A program made the translations under genes and the position numbers. This document shows positions 38,890 through 48,706 of a DNA stretch of 64,000 nt, piece after piece; position 1 is the first letter of the stretch, and each line of letters begins with the position of its first letter. The notes beneath the pieces are model-generated. The model was not told where the DNA came from. It made no database searches and saw only the letters and a program-made list of their open reading frames with translations. Source of the stretch: Fervidobacterium sp. (GTDB lineage: Bacteria > Thermotogota > Thermotogae > Thermotogales > Fervidobacteriaceae); NCBI GenBank assembly GCA_049970055.1, contig JBMFNR010000002.1:573371-637370 (forward strand), written 5' to 3'.

Positions 38890-40611
38890 ATGAGAGATTA
38901 CATGGCGGAATACAAAAAGTGGTTAGAAAGTCCCTACATCGACGAAGCAACAAAACAGGAGCTGATTGCTATCAAAGATAACGAAGAGGAGATAAAAGAA
39001 AGGTTCCTTTTTGATTTGGAGTTCGGAACAGCAGGTTTGAGAGGTAAAATTGGTGCAGGCACGAATAGGATGAACATCTACACTGTTGGGATGGCAACTC
39101 AAGGCCTTGCAGAATACATATTAAGCAGAGGTGAAGAATACGCCAAACGTGGTGTGGTGATAGCATACGATGTAAGAAGAATGTCAAAGGAATTTGCGAG
39201 AACAGCTGCGCAAGTTCTTGCAGGAAATGGTATTAGAGTGTACTTATTCGATGATATAAGGCCTACGCCTATTCTTTCTTATGCAGTGAGGTACTTTAAA
39301 ACTGCATCAGGTATTGTGATAACGGCCAGTCACAATCCGCCTGAATATAACGGTTACAAAGTGTATTGGGAGAAAGGTTCCCAGATAATGGATGACGTAG
39401 CTAAACCTATTGAAGAAAACATTAGAAGAATAGATGATTTCAGAAAGATAAGGAAAATGGATTTTGATGAAAGTATCAGTAAAGGCCTGATAAAAATAGT
39501 TGGAAGAGAGGTAGATGAAGCATACTTTGAAAAGGTTCTTGGTTTATCGTTAAATGAAGACATAGACAAGAATATTTCGATAGTCTATACTCCATTGCAT
39601 GGTACGGGTGGTAGGTTTGTTAGACATATACTAACAAAAAGGGGGTTTACAAACTTTGCGATTGTTCCTGAACAAGAAGAACCAAATGGAGAATTTCCAA
39701 CAGTTGACTATCCGAATCCAGAAGATTTAAAAGCTTTTGATCTAGCATTAAAATACGCGAAAGAAAAGACTGCAGATATCATACTAGCCACGGACCCAGA
39801 TGCGGATAGAAATGCTGTGATGGTGAAACATAACGGTGAATACGTACCGTTAAATGGAAATCAAACAGGTGCACTGCTTACTGAATATTTGCTCTCACAG
39901 AGAAAAGAGAAAGGTTTACTTCCAAAGAATGGTATAATAATAAAATCGATCGTTACAGGTGATTTGGGAAAGCTGATAGCTAAACAGTATGGTGTAGAAA
40001 CGTTTGAAACATTGACAGGTTTTAAAAACATATGCGGTTTGGAAAATGAACTTGAGGGAAAATACTCGTTCCAATTTGGATATGAAGAAAGTATTGGATA
40101 TGTCACAGGTGATTTCGTGAGAGACAAAGATGGTGTAATGATGTCGATGATAATTTCAGAGATGGCAGCATTTTATAAAAAGAAAGGGAAAACACTAATC
40201 GATGTGCTCCAATCACTTTACAAAAAGTTTGGATACTATCTTGAGGATAACTTCTCTCTTGTCTACGAAGGATTAAAAGGTATGGAAAAGATAAGAAGGA
40301 TCATGGAGGTATTCAGAAAGAGATTTCCGAAAGAAATCGGTACGCTCGAGTTGCTTGAGTACATTGACTACAATGAAAGAAAATTATACGATAAGTACGG
40401 TAACGTGATAGGCAATGTGGAACCGCATATACCTACCTCAAACGTTTTACGGTTCTTTATGAGCGATGGTTCATGGTATGCAATCCGGCCATCTGGCACA
40501 GAGCCAAAACTCAAGGTGTACATTTATGCGGTAGATAAAATTGAAAGTGAAGCTAAGAGAAAACTTACGGTTATAAAGGAAACAATACTGAAGATAATAA
40601 ATGAAGCTTGA
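38890..40611 (+). CDS. pgm: Phosphoglucomutase/phosphomannomutase (alpha-D-phosphohexomutase)
   Basis: FGTAGLRG, TASHNP, DPDADR, GYEESIG, RPSGTEPK. Confidence 0.92.
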   Translation: MRDYMAEYKKWLESPYIDEATKQELIAIKDNEEEIKERFLFDLEFGTAGLRGKIGAGTNRMNIYTVGMATQGLAEYILSRGEEYAKRGVVIAYDVRRMSKEFARTAAQVLAGNGIRVYLFDDIRPTPILSYAVRYFKTASGIVITASHNPPEYNGYKVYWEKGSQIMDDVAKPIEENIRRIDDFRKIRKMDFDESISKGLIKIVGREVDEAYFEKVLGLSLNEDIDKNISIVYTPLHGTGGRFVRHILTKRGFTNFAIVPEQEEPNGEFPTVDYPNPEDLKAFDLALKYAKEKTADIILATDPDADRNAVMVKHNGEYVPLNGNQTGALLTEYLLSQRKEKGLLPKNGIIIKSIVTGDLGKLIAKQYGVETFETLTGFKNICGLENELEGKYSFQFGYEESIGYVTGDFVRDKDGVMMSMIISEMAAFYKKKGKTLIDVLQSLYKKFGYYLEDNFSLVYEGLKGMEKIRRIMEVFRKRFPKEIGTLELLEYIDYNERKLYDKYGNVIGNVEPHIPTSNVLRFFMSDGSWYAIRPSGTEPKLKVYIYAVDKIESEAKRKLTVIKETILKIINEA

Positions 40612-40637
40612 CAAAGTAGTATAATTGATGTTATAAT
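40608..40637 (+). promoter_or_regulatory. Consensus sigma70 promoter for the tRNA operon
   Basis: TTGACA (overlapping the pgm stop)-N18-TATAAT with extended TG, 10 bp before tRNA-Leu. Confidence 0.85.
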
Positions 40638-40647
40638 ACTTACTGGA

Positions 40648-40737
40648 GCCGGGGTGGCGGAATTGGCAGACGCAGCGGACTTAAAATCCGCTGGGGATTA
40701 GATCCCCGTGTCGGTTCGACTCCGATCCCCGGCACCA
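40648..40737 (+). tRNA. tRNA-Leu (TAA)
   Basis: GCCGGGG/CCCCGGC acceptor stem, anticodon arm GCGGA-CTTAAAA-TCCGC, long variable arm, GTTCGA T-loop, encoded CCA. Confidence 0.97.
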
Positions 40738-40773
40738 AGTGGGAGAAATTGTGAATAATAATGAGATATACGT

Positions 40774-40850
40774 CGCGGGGTAGAGCAGTCTGGCAGCTCG
40801 TTGGGCTCATAACCCAAAGGTCGTGGGTTCAAATCCCACCCCCGCTACCA
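40774..40850 (+). tRNA. tRNA-Met (CAT), initiator type
   Basis: C1 mismatched with T72, three consecutive G-C pairs in the anticodon stem (TTGGG-CTCATAA-CCCAA), GTTCAAA T-loop, CCA. Confidence 0.97.
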
Positions 40851-40853
40851 GAG

Positions 40854-40884
40854 AAAAGGCACTGGCTAAGTCCCGTGCCTTTTT
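40854..40884. terminator. Bidirectional terminator between the tRNAs and the convergent operon
   Basis: AAAAGGCAC...GTGCCTTTT hairpin with A/T runs on both sides. Confidence 0.7.
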
Positions 40885-41674
40885 AATTTTCTATTTTCAT
40901 GTTCTCAATTTCTCTTAATAACTTTTTTAGTGATTGGAGATCATTGATAAGATCATCTATAGAAGAAAACGCGTATAGTATTTTTGACATGGAGTTTCTG
41001 TCTATAGTTTCAAATAGTTTTTCAAGTGATGATATTTTATCTTTTGCGTATTTATAAATTAAATCAACTTTTTTTGTCAGTACTTGATTCAGAGTTGTTA
41101 TCTCGTCCATTAACCTATGAACTTCCTCGAGGCTGACTTGCGAGATATCGAATATAAATATAAAAGGTTGTGGCATTGAATAGGTTATTTTTGTTTTTTC
41201 CGAAAATTTCTTTAACTCTAAGAATATTGTCATTTGAAGTAAAATTTCAAATCTTTTATCCTGAAAATAATCGGCATTGTTTAGTACATATTGGCTACAG
41301 AGCGAAACCAAAAATTCAAGGTTATTCGGAGTATTTTCAATTCTCAGCAAATATTGCCCAGAAAACGCCATTTGGTACATCTGTCTCAGTGAGATTGCAT
41401 TTGAAATACTGAACATTTTAAACGTTTCCGGTGTTTGTTCAATAAGAGAGTCAGTTAGTACTTCTGGTAGATTTTCGTCGTCAAATTCAACAAATGTTAA
41501 AACTATTCCGTTAATGATTTCAATACCTGAATTCTTTGGTGTTAAACCTAGCAAGTTAATTGTACTCATAGAGTGCAAGTCAATGTACTTTTTGCCGTTT
41601 ATATCAATTATCGCAGGTGCGTAATAGTCTATCAACTCGTTGAATGAAAAATTTGGATCAAAATATACCTTCAT
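40883..41674 (-). CDS. Hypothetical protein, translationally coupled to flhB
   Basis: 263-aa ORF overlapping the flhB stop (ATGA); no motif recognised. Confidence 0.7.
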   Translation of the reverse strand: MKVYFDPNFSFNELIDYYAPAIIDINGKKYIDLHSMSTINLLGLTPKNSGIEIINGIVLTFVEFDDENLPEVLTDSLIEQTPETFKMFSISNAISLRQMYQMAFSGQYLLRIENTPNNLEFLVSLCSQYVLNNADYFQDKRFEILLQMTIFLELKKFSEKTKITYSMPQPFIFIFDISQVSLEEVHRLMDEITTLNQVLTKKVDLIYKYAKDKISSLEKLFETIDRNSMSKILYAFSSIDDLINDLQSLKKLLREIENMKIEN

Positions 41675-42813
41675 GTTATTCTTCTCTCCCTCAGCGTATA
41701 CACATAAGCCAGAACTTCAGCTACGGCTTTATAAAGTTTCTCAGGGATGATATCCCCAATTTCTGTGGAATAAAATATCTCCCGCGCTAATTTTGGGTTT
41801 CTTACAACTGGCACATCGTTTTCTCGTGCTATTTCTATTATTCTTAATGCTACTCTATCGGCACCTTTCGCAATTAGCTTCGGAGCAAAATCTTCATCAG
41901 GATCATATTTAAGTGCACACGCAAAGTGCGTCGGGTTTGTGATAACAACACTTGCTTTCGGTACTTCTTGAATCATCCTTCGCATAGCGTATTGCATCAT
42001 TATCTGTCTTTGTCTTCTTTTTACCTCGGGATTACCTTCTATTTCTTTAAATTCTTCCTTTACTTCTTGTTTAGTCATCTTTATACTTTGTTCGTATTCG
42101 TATCGTGAATAGTAGTAGTCTGCGATGGAGACAATTATTAAAGCAATTGCGCATTTTATAATTAATTCTGAGAAAACACTCCACAATATTAAAGTACCAT
42201 CCAACAAATTACTATCAACGGTAATCATTATCTTATTATAATTGCTTTTTAAAACACTGTAACCAACAAATCCTATAATAGCAAGTTTTATAATCGCTTT
42301 CGTTAGTTCAAACAGAGACCGTAATGAAAACATTCTCTTCAATCCGGAAATAGGATTAAGTCGATTCAAATCAGGCTTGAGTGGTTTAAAAGTAAATAAA
42401 AATCTTGTTTGAATTAAGCCCATAACCAATGAGAACAGAGAAGTACCAATCACAATAATGGATAATGATAAAAACGGAGCTTTGAATGTCTGACCAGCGT
42501 AAATCAAAAAATCCTCCAAGGTCCTGATCTGCGTATCCGAAATTTCGAAGACATTTTGCGTACTTGAAATAAGAGTATCTATGAGGCTTTTGCCAAGGAA
42601 AAGGAATATCACAGATGCGAAGAGAAAAGTAATTCCAGAGATAAGTTCTCTTGAGATCGGTACTTGTCCCTCTTCGCGCGCTTTTTGACGTTTGCGTGGT
42701 GTTGCTTTCTCTGTCTTATCAGGATCAGCGAAAAGTTGTATGTTGATTCTCAAAATTGTATCTTCGGCAAGGCTTTTTGATGCTGTTAGAAACAAAAAAT
42801 GCAAAAAAACCAA
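41671..42813 (-). CDS. flhB: Flagellar export protein FlhB
   Basis: KTEKATPRKRQKAREEGQV, NPISGLKRMFS, EGNPEVK, NPTH autocleavage motif. Confidence 0.97.
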   Translation of the reverse strand: MVFLHFLFLTASKSLAEDTILRINIQLFADPDKTEKATPRKRQKAREEGQVPISRELISGITFLFASVIFLFLGKSLIDTLISSTQNVFEISDTQIRTLEDFLIYAGQTFKAPFLSLSIIVIGTSLFSLVMGLIQTRFLFTFKPLKPDLNRLNPISGLKRMFSLRSLFELTKAIIKLAIIGFVGYSVLKSNYNKIMITVDSNLLDGTLILWSVFSELIIKCAIALIIVSIADYYYSRYEYEQSIKMTKQEVKEEFKEIEGNPEVKRRQRQIMMQYAMRRMIQEVPKASVVITNPTHFACALKYDPDEDFAPKLIAKGADRVALRIIEIARENDVPVVRNPKLAREIFYSTEIGDIIPEKLYKAVAEVLAYVYTLRERRIT

Positions 42814-42841
42814 GGGATTACCTCCCTTTATCGGATATAGA

Positions 42842-43612
42842 CTACTTTGAAATCAATAGATCTATGTATGGTCCTAGCTTGTCAACCATTTTGGTAATAA
42901 GCTCTACCCAAACAGGTATCATACCTATCATAACCAAGAACATTATCATCGTACTTGCCGGCATTGCAACCATAAAAACATTCATCTGCGGTACTAATCT
43001 GGAGAGTAAGCCGAAAAGTACGTTTATTAAAAACATCAGACCAATAAGTGGAAGGGCGATTTGTAACGCAAAGATAAAAGCATCCATGAAAAGTTGAAAG
43101 TATTGTTGGTATATATCTTTGAAAGATATGTTAGTCAAAATTAACGGAAACTTATCAATAGATTTTATCACACTTTCATAAATTAACAGATGTCCTTTTA
43201 GTGAAACAAAGACATACACAGATAGAAGGTAAACAAATTCACTTGTTAGTGGTGATTCTTCCATCGTTGGGTCAAGTGAACCACTGACGTTAAATCCAGC
43301 TTGCATGCCAAAGATTTCGCTTCCTATGTAAACTGCGCTAACAATCGTATAGGCCATTAAACCGATTAAAAAGCCAATGAAAAAGTTAAATGCGATTGAG
43401 CCAACTAATGTTGATAAAGGCAGTGTAATTGGTACCATAACGCTTACGATTGGCAACGTTACGTAGCTGAGAGCTATGAGTAATACGATCATGATTTCCA
43501 AAGGAAGTGAAAAGCCCGCGAACATGGGCGCTATAACCATCATACCGGTAAGTCTTGACATGATAAGTCCCCAACTGAGTGCGTAACGCTGAATTAACGC
43601 ATATAAATCCAT
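42842..43612 (-). CDS. fliR: Flagellar export protein FliR
   Basis: Six TM; GLLSRLVPQMNVFMV; adjacent to flhB. Confidence 0.93.
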   Translation of the reverse strand: MDLYALIQRYALSWGLIMSRLTGMMVIAPMFAGFSLPLEIMIVLLIALSYVTLPIVSVMVPITLPLSTLVGSIAFNFFIGFLIGLMAYTIVSAVYIGSEIFGMQAGFNVSGSLDPTMEESPLTSEFVYLLSVYVFVSLKGHLLIYESVIKSIDKFPLILTNISFKDIYQQYFQLFMDAFIFALQIALPLIGLMFLINVLFGLLSRLVPQMNVFMVAMPASTMIMFLVMIGMIPVWVELITKMVDKLGPYIDLLISK

Positions 43613-43625
43613 CGTCCACCTCGAG

Positions 43626-44525
43626 TTATAGTGAGTTACCGATAGTGTTTTTGCCTAACGTATGGTAGTTATATAAATATTTGTTATTTGGTTTATCATT
43701 GTAGTAGGGCCTTGTACAATATGTACACCCGGATGTTAAAAATGCGTTTTGTAAATCAGATACATTATCGTAACGCAAACTGGAGATGTAACCAGATTCA
43801 TCGAAAGTTATTCGAGGTGAGATATTTTTTTCAAACATAAGGTATCTTAAAATTTGTATCTTCCTGTATCTTTCAAGTGTCGGTGGGCTCTCATTTTCAG
43901 TTTTTGTGCCTTTAACCGGTGTAAATGAAAAAAGTGCTATTTGTACGTTTAATTCTTTCATCTTAGAAAATATTTCGTAAATCTCCATATCTGTTTCTCC
44001 GAGACCTACAATTATGTGGGTTGTGATTCTCCCGTTGTATTTTTTTGCTCCATACTCGATTAACTCAAGAGTGTATTCCAGTGGCCATCCCCTGTATAAG
44101 GTGTGTAGTTTGCCGCTCGCAACATCGATAGCAATACCTAATTGGTCGATTCCTGAATTCATAAACAAATCAAGTTCGTCTTTATTTGCAACGCGTGTGG
44201 AAAGAGAAATTAGTACTTCTTTATCATTCTGCCTTATGCTTTCAACGATTTTCAGTACATCAGCTCTGTAACCTTTGTAATTCACAGTTTGAATGCAAAA
44301 CCTTTTAAAAAGCTTTGTATTTCTCATTACATCTTCTATATCTACTTGTTTCCAGCTGATTCTTGACAAATATGAAGAATCAGCGTTGGAGCTTCTTGCA
44401 TGTGTACAATAAGCGCAATCATATAAACAATTTCCATCGAGCATTAAATAACCCGTAGGCATTTCGTATGGTATTTTCTGACCATTAAGAAGTTTCCAAG
44501 TCCAGAATGATGCTCTCAGTATCAT
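43626..44525 (-). CDS. Radical SAM protein, LipS2-like (BioB-related)
   Basis: CLYDCAYC (CxxxCxxC), LSRISW, THIIVGLGE, C-terminal TSGCTYCTRPYYN. Confidence 0.75.
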   Translation of the reverse strand: MILRASFWTWKLLNGQKIPYEMPTGYLMLDGNCLYDCAYCTHARSSNADSSYLSRISWKQVDIEDVMRNTKLFKRFCIQTVNYKGYRADVLKIVESIRQNDKEVLISLSTRVANKDELDLFMNSGIDQLGIAIDVASGKLHTLYRGWPLEYTLELIEYGAKKYNGRITTHIIVGLGETDMEIYEIFSKMKELNVQIALFSFTPVKGTKTENESPPTLERYRKIQILRYLMFEKNISPRITFDESGYISSLRYDNVSDLQNAFLTSGCTYCTRPYYNDKPNNKYLYNYHTLGKNTIGNSL

Positions 44526-46324
44526 TATGCTATACCTTCCTTTGCAAATTGAATCTCGTACAGTTTATAATACGCACCTTTTTGCTTGAGAAGTTCTAAA
44601 TGTTTACCTTCTTCTGCTATCTGACCGTCGGCAACGACAATTATTCTATCCGCTTCGACAACAGTTGAAAGGCGGTGTGCTATCATGATTACAGTATTTT
44701 CCTTCGAAAGCTCTCTAACAGCTTGTTGAATTCTATGCTCGGTCTCAACGTCTATGTTACTCGTAGCTTCATCCAAGATAAATATCTTAGCGCCGAAAAG
44801 CACAGAACGTGCAAGCGCTATAAGTTGCCTTTCCCCAGCAGATATACCTTTTCCACGTTCAACGATTTCCGTGTAGATGCCATTGGGCAATCTTTGGATG
44901 ATATCAAGTGCTCGCACCTTTTCAAGTGCACTATAAACCTGTGCTTCGGAAAATTCTTCGTGAAAAAGCCTTATATTATCAAGTAATGTTCCACTAAAAA
45001 GAACAACATCCTGAGGAACGGCAGACACGTGTTTTCTAAGCATTTGTAAGTCATAATTTTCCAAAGGTACACCATCTATGAGAATATTACCTTTCTGGGG
45101 TCTGTACATACCATTAATTAAATTCATAATTGTTGTTTTCCCTGCACCAGTTTCACCAACTATAGCAACAAGCTCACCAGGGTGAAATTTAAGATCTACG
45201 CCTTTGAGTATCCAACGTTTGTTATCGTATGAAAACCAAACATCTTTAAATTCTACATTCCCGGCTTCTATTTCATTTTTACCACCTTTGTTATTCTCTT
45301 CTTCTGTTGGTTCATCGAGGAGTGCGAATATTTTTTCGGCACTTGCTGTCGTATTTTGGATGATATCGTATTTTTCTGAAAGATCTTCAATGGGTCTCAT
45401 GAAGGTATCAATGTAAGAAACAAACGCAAAAAGATCGCCAAAATTCAGTATCTTTCCTATGATATATTTGGAACCGAACCAAATAATTAGTGACATTGTT
45501 AGATAATACAAGAAGTTTATCAGAGGTCTAAATATTCCAAAAACATAAAGTTGATTCATCCTAGCTTTGTAAAGTTCTCTATTTATCTTATCGAATTCAT
45601 CTCTTTTAAATTCTTCCGCATTGAAAAGTTTTGTTACAGGCATTCCAGCAAGATTTTCTGCGATATACGCGTTGATTTTAGCTATTCCTGTTCGGACTGC
45701 TCTGTAAGCGCGTATGTCAAAGTATCTGAAAACAGCCATTGCGATAACTATTAAAGGAAAAATGTAAGCAATGTCCAAGAATAACCTAGAACTTATACTC
45801 CACAACATGAAAATTACACCGGCAAGTAGAAAAGTATCGTTCACAATACTTGTGATAACAGATGTAAAAAATTCCTGCAGGTTTTGTGTATCACTTGTTA
45901 TTCGCGTTGTAATTTGACCACTTGGGTGTTTGTCGAAAAATGACATAGGCAATCTCAAAACGTGGTCATATAACTGTTTTCTCACATCGTAAACAACTTT
46001 TCCTCCGATGTATGTTGTTACCAGAATAGAGAGGTACTCAAATAAAAATATTCCCCCGGAAACTGCCAAAAACAAAATAGCTTGTCTTGAAATACCGACA
46101 AGTCTCTCCGTGGTGGAAAGATTTTGAGACAAAATGTATGTATTTATGGCTTTACGAACAATTTGTGGTGGCATAAGTGTGAGATATGTTAGTGCTAAGA
46201 CGATTATTATGGCAAGAACCATCAAATGAAAGTATGGAAGAGAATATTTCAATAAACGGAAAAAGACATTCCTTTTCCTTTGATTGGTTTTATCTCTACT
46301 TGTTTCAGAGTCTCTGAATTCCAA
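44525..46324 (-). CDS. ABC exporter, fused permease and ATPase (MsbA/MdlB-like)
   Basis: Six-TM domain, GETGAGKT, ISAGERQ, ILDEATS, IAHRLST. Confidence 0.93.
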   Translation of the reverse strand: MEFRDSETSRDKTNQRKRNVFFRLLKYSLPYFHLMVLAIIIVLALTYLTLMPPQIVRKAINTYILSQNLSTTERLVGISRQAILFLAVSGGIFLFEYLSILVTTYIGGKVVYDVRKQLYDHVLRLPMSFFDKHPSGQITTRITSDTQNLQEFFTSVITSIVNDTFLLAGVIFMLWSISSRLFLDIAYIFPLIVIAMAVFRYFDIRAYRAVRTGIAKINAYIAENLAGMPVTKLFNAEEFKRDEFDKINRELYKARMNQLYVFGIFRPLINFLYYLTMSLIIWFGSKYIIGKILNFGDLFAFVSYIDTFMRPIEDLSEKYDIIQNTTASAEKIFALLDEPTEEENNKGGKNEIEAGNVEFKDVWFSYDNKRWILKGVDLKFHPGELVAIVGETGAGKTTIMNLINGMYRPQKGNILIDGVPLENYDLQMLRKHVSAVPQDVVLFSGTLLDNIRLFHEEFSEAQVYSALEKVRALDIIQRLPNGIYTEIVERGKGISAGERQLIALARSVLFGAKIFILDEATSNIDVETEHRIQQAVRELSKENTVIMIAHRLSTVVEADRIIVVADGQIAEEGKHLELLKQKGAYYKLYEIQFAKEGIA

Positions 46325-46347
46325 GAGTGTTCACCCCTTTTTAACCT

Positions 46348-48669
46348 TTATTCTTCAAATTCAATTTTGCCACTCACCTTGGATTTATAACATCTCTTAT
46401 CAGCCAACTTGATCACTTTGTTAATATCACCTTCGCTTGGATAAAGTGCAACACCTGTTGAAAATGTAATTCCAGTAAGGGATTCTAAGCATTCCAAAAT
46501 TCTCTTAACTATTCGCTCTATAATTTCTTTATTTATCGTATCAAGAATTATTATAAACTCATCTCCACCGTAGCGGAACGCAAGATCTGATTTTCGTATA
46601 TTCATGTTTATACATTTGCCAATTTTTCTCAGCACTTCATCACCTTTTTCGTGACCGTATATATCGTTGATCATTTTAAATTTATTTAAATCTATGAACG
46701 CAACTGAGAAAGTTGTTAAAGGAATGTTGCCGATAAATTCTTCAAAAGCCCTACGCGTCTTTAATCCTGTTAGCAGATCAATCTCGGCTTTTTCCTTTAT
46801 TGCTTCAAAGAATCGACGATTTTCAAGTACAAACGTCATCTGATGTGCAAGATCTTTTAAGACACTAAGTTGGTAATCGCTAACGGGTTTTAAGTCAAAA
46901 TTGTTATCAGCGAACAACAGTCCGAGGATATTTTCACCACTTCTTATGCTAATTATTGCAAACTCTTTGCGTACGTCAAACACCTCGCAAATTTCTGGAA
47001 GTTCTTCTTTTGAAACAACGTGTGGTTCCCCATCTATGTATTTCTCCACATACTTTACGTCTATTGTTTTACCAGTATAAAGAAGTTCTAGTGCAGATTT
47101 AAAATCTTTTGATACAGTTTCGAGGAAGTCTTTCATATTCAACTCTATATCTTCGATAGCTTCCCAAATGTTATGAGCTTCTTCGATGGTTCTTGGTCCG
47201 ATAGCTTTTTGAAATATGAACTTACCGTTTGAATAATAAAAGAACATTGCTCTATTGAAAGAACCTGAATATCCTGCGGTTATCCCTGTTAAAAACGCAT
47301 ACAAAATTGTATTGATATTTGCATCAGGTTTTAAAGCATATTCTATTATTAATCTCGAGTTTATAAAACTTTGAGCGAGCCTTGTTGCTTCATAATGAAT
47401 ATCGAAAAATTTTTGAGCGATCTCATACTTTAAATTTCTTATCAAATAAAAAGACACTTCTTTTTGGTGTAACTTAAGTAAATCGTAATCAAGTACCAAG
47501 GAATCTGAACTATTGTAAATAACAGCCTTTTGTGATTTTACATCATCAACAACATAAATTTTCTTTATTTCTGAAGCCATTGACTTATCAGAGATCCTCC
47601 AAAGCCTGTATAGATTTTCTGGTACCATCTCCGGATCAAAATGTACGTACAGATCCACGTTGTATGTTATATTATATTTCAAAAGTTCGCTGAGTAAATA
47701 AGATAGATAACTATCAAGATATGCTATTTTTATACGCCTTTTAAATTCGTCCCAATGTACAACCCTAACTATAAGTTGCTTAGCAATCCATTCGAGAAAT
47801 TTCTGATCTCTCTCATCGAATGGTGCGATATAGTGACTATCTATATCGATCTCACCAAATACACTTCCATCACGTTTGAAAATGGGAACGACGATTTCAC
47901 TTTTTACGTGTGGGCTACAAGATAGATAATTTGTTTCCAACGACACATCTTGGATTATGAATGTGTGTTTTGTTTCAGCTGCCTGACCGCATATACCTTT
48001 TCCAACAGGAATTCTCACGTGCTCCGTCGGTTCGCCAATGTATGGACCGAGCACAAGCATTCCCTCATTATCCATCAAATAAAAGCCTGTCCAATTATAA
48101 TAGGGCACATGCTTGTCAAGTAATTGGCAAATTGTTTCAAGTAAATTCTCATTTTTTGCTGTAATAATTTTATCTTTGAGAAATTCAAAGATTTCAGACT
48201 TGTCGTAATAGTCACCCTCAAGTTCATCGTGTCGAAAGTGTACAACTGATTGATAAACAGCGTCGGCGAGTTTATCAATCTTTCCTTTTTTCCAAAGCGA
48301 AAATACATCGAATACTATCACTTTTTCGCTTTTTCCATCGACAACAACCCAATCCTTTTCACCAATTCCAACGATTAGATAAATAACAAAATCTTCTCTT
48401 GAAAGTTGAAAATCACGGGAACTTTTTCTGATTCTTATCGTTAACTCATCTTTTATCTTTTCCTTATTCTCATCGTACCAATGTGAAAGCTCGGTTAAAT
48501 CGTTTCTATTCAATTGGTTCAACTTTTCATAAAAACCGGGAAACTTGTAGGCATAATGTTCCGTTATGGGTTTGTAAGGGAGCTTTTTCCAAAATTCTTC
48601 CCATTTGGACTTTTCGTATGTCAAAATTTCCAAAAAATCTCCTATGTGGTTTTCCACCAAACTTCTCAT
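46348..48669 (-). CDS. Diguanylate cyclase with two GAF domains (first MsrC/fRMsr-like)
   Basis: DLLTGL, FIDLNKFKMINDIYGHEKGD, RKSD I-site, RYGGDEF; GAF YNWTGFY..LVLGPYIG..GICG..LSCS..SEIVVPI..DIDS. Confidence 0.9.
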   Translation of the reverse strand: MRSLVENHIGDFLEILTYEKSKWEEFWKKLPYKPITEHYAYKFPGFYEKLNQLNRNDLTELSHWYDENKEKIKDELTIRIRKSSRDFQLSREDFVIYLIVGIGEKDWVVVDGKSEKVIVFDVFSLWKKGKIDKLADAVYQSVVHFRHDELEGDYYDKSEIFEFLKDKIITAKNENLLETICQLLDKHVPYYNWTGFYLMDNEGMLVLGPYIGEPTEHVRIPVGKGICGQAAETKHTFIIQDVSLETNYLSCSPHVKSEIVVPIFKRDGSVFGEIDIDSHYIAPFDERDQKFLEWIAKQLIVRVVHWDEFKRRIKIAYLDSYLSYLLSELLKYNITYNVDLYVHFDPEMVPENLYRLWRISDKSMASEIKKIYVVDDVKSQKAVIYNSSDSLVLDYDLLKLHQKEVSFYLIRNLKYEIAQKFFDIHYEATRLAQSFINSRLIIEYALKPDANINTILYAFLTGITAGYSGSFNRAMFFYYSNGKFIFQKAIGPRTIEEAHNIWEAIEDIELNMKDFLETVSKDFKSALELLYTGKTIDVKYVEKYIDGEPHVVSKEELPEICEVFDVRKEFAIISIRSGENILGLLFADNNFDLKPVSDYQLSVLKDLAHQMTFVLENRRFFEAIKEKAEIDLLTGLKTRRAFEEFIGNIPLTTFSVAFIDLNKFKMINDIYGHEKGDEVLRKIGKCINMNIRKSDLAFRYGGDEFIIILDTINKEIIERIVKRILECLESLTGITFSTGVALYPSEGDINKVIKLADKRCYKSKVSGKIEFEE

Positions 48670-48706
48670 GTCTTTTCCCCCTTGAAATTATTGTCATCAT
48701 TATTTT

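Noticed and set aside
40648..40850. tRNA genes as possible integration sites for an island or prophage
   Set aside because: No integrase, no duplicated tRNA 3' end seen, and the flanks are housekeeping or flagellar genes.
42826..42860. Sigma28-like TCCGATAA upstream of flhB
   Set aside because: No TAAA -35 at the proper spacing, and it abuts the SD.
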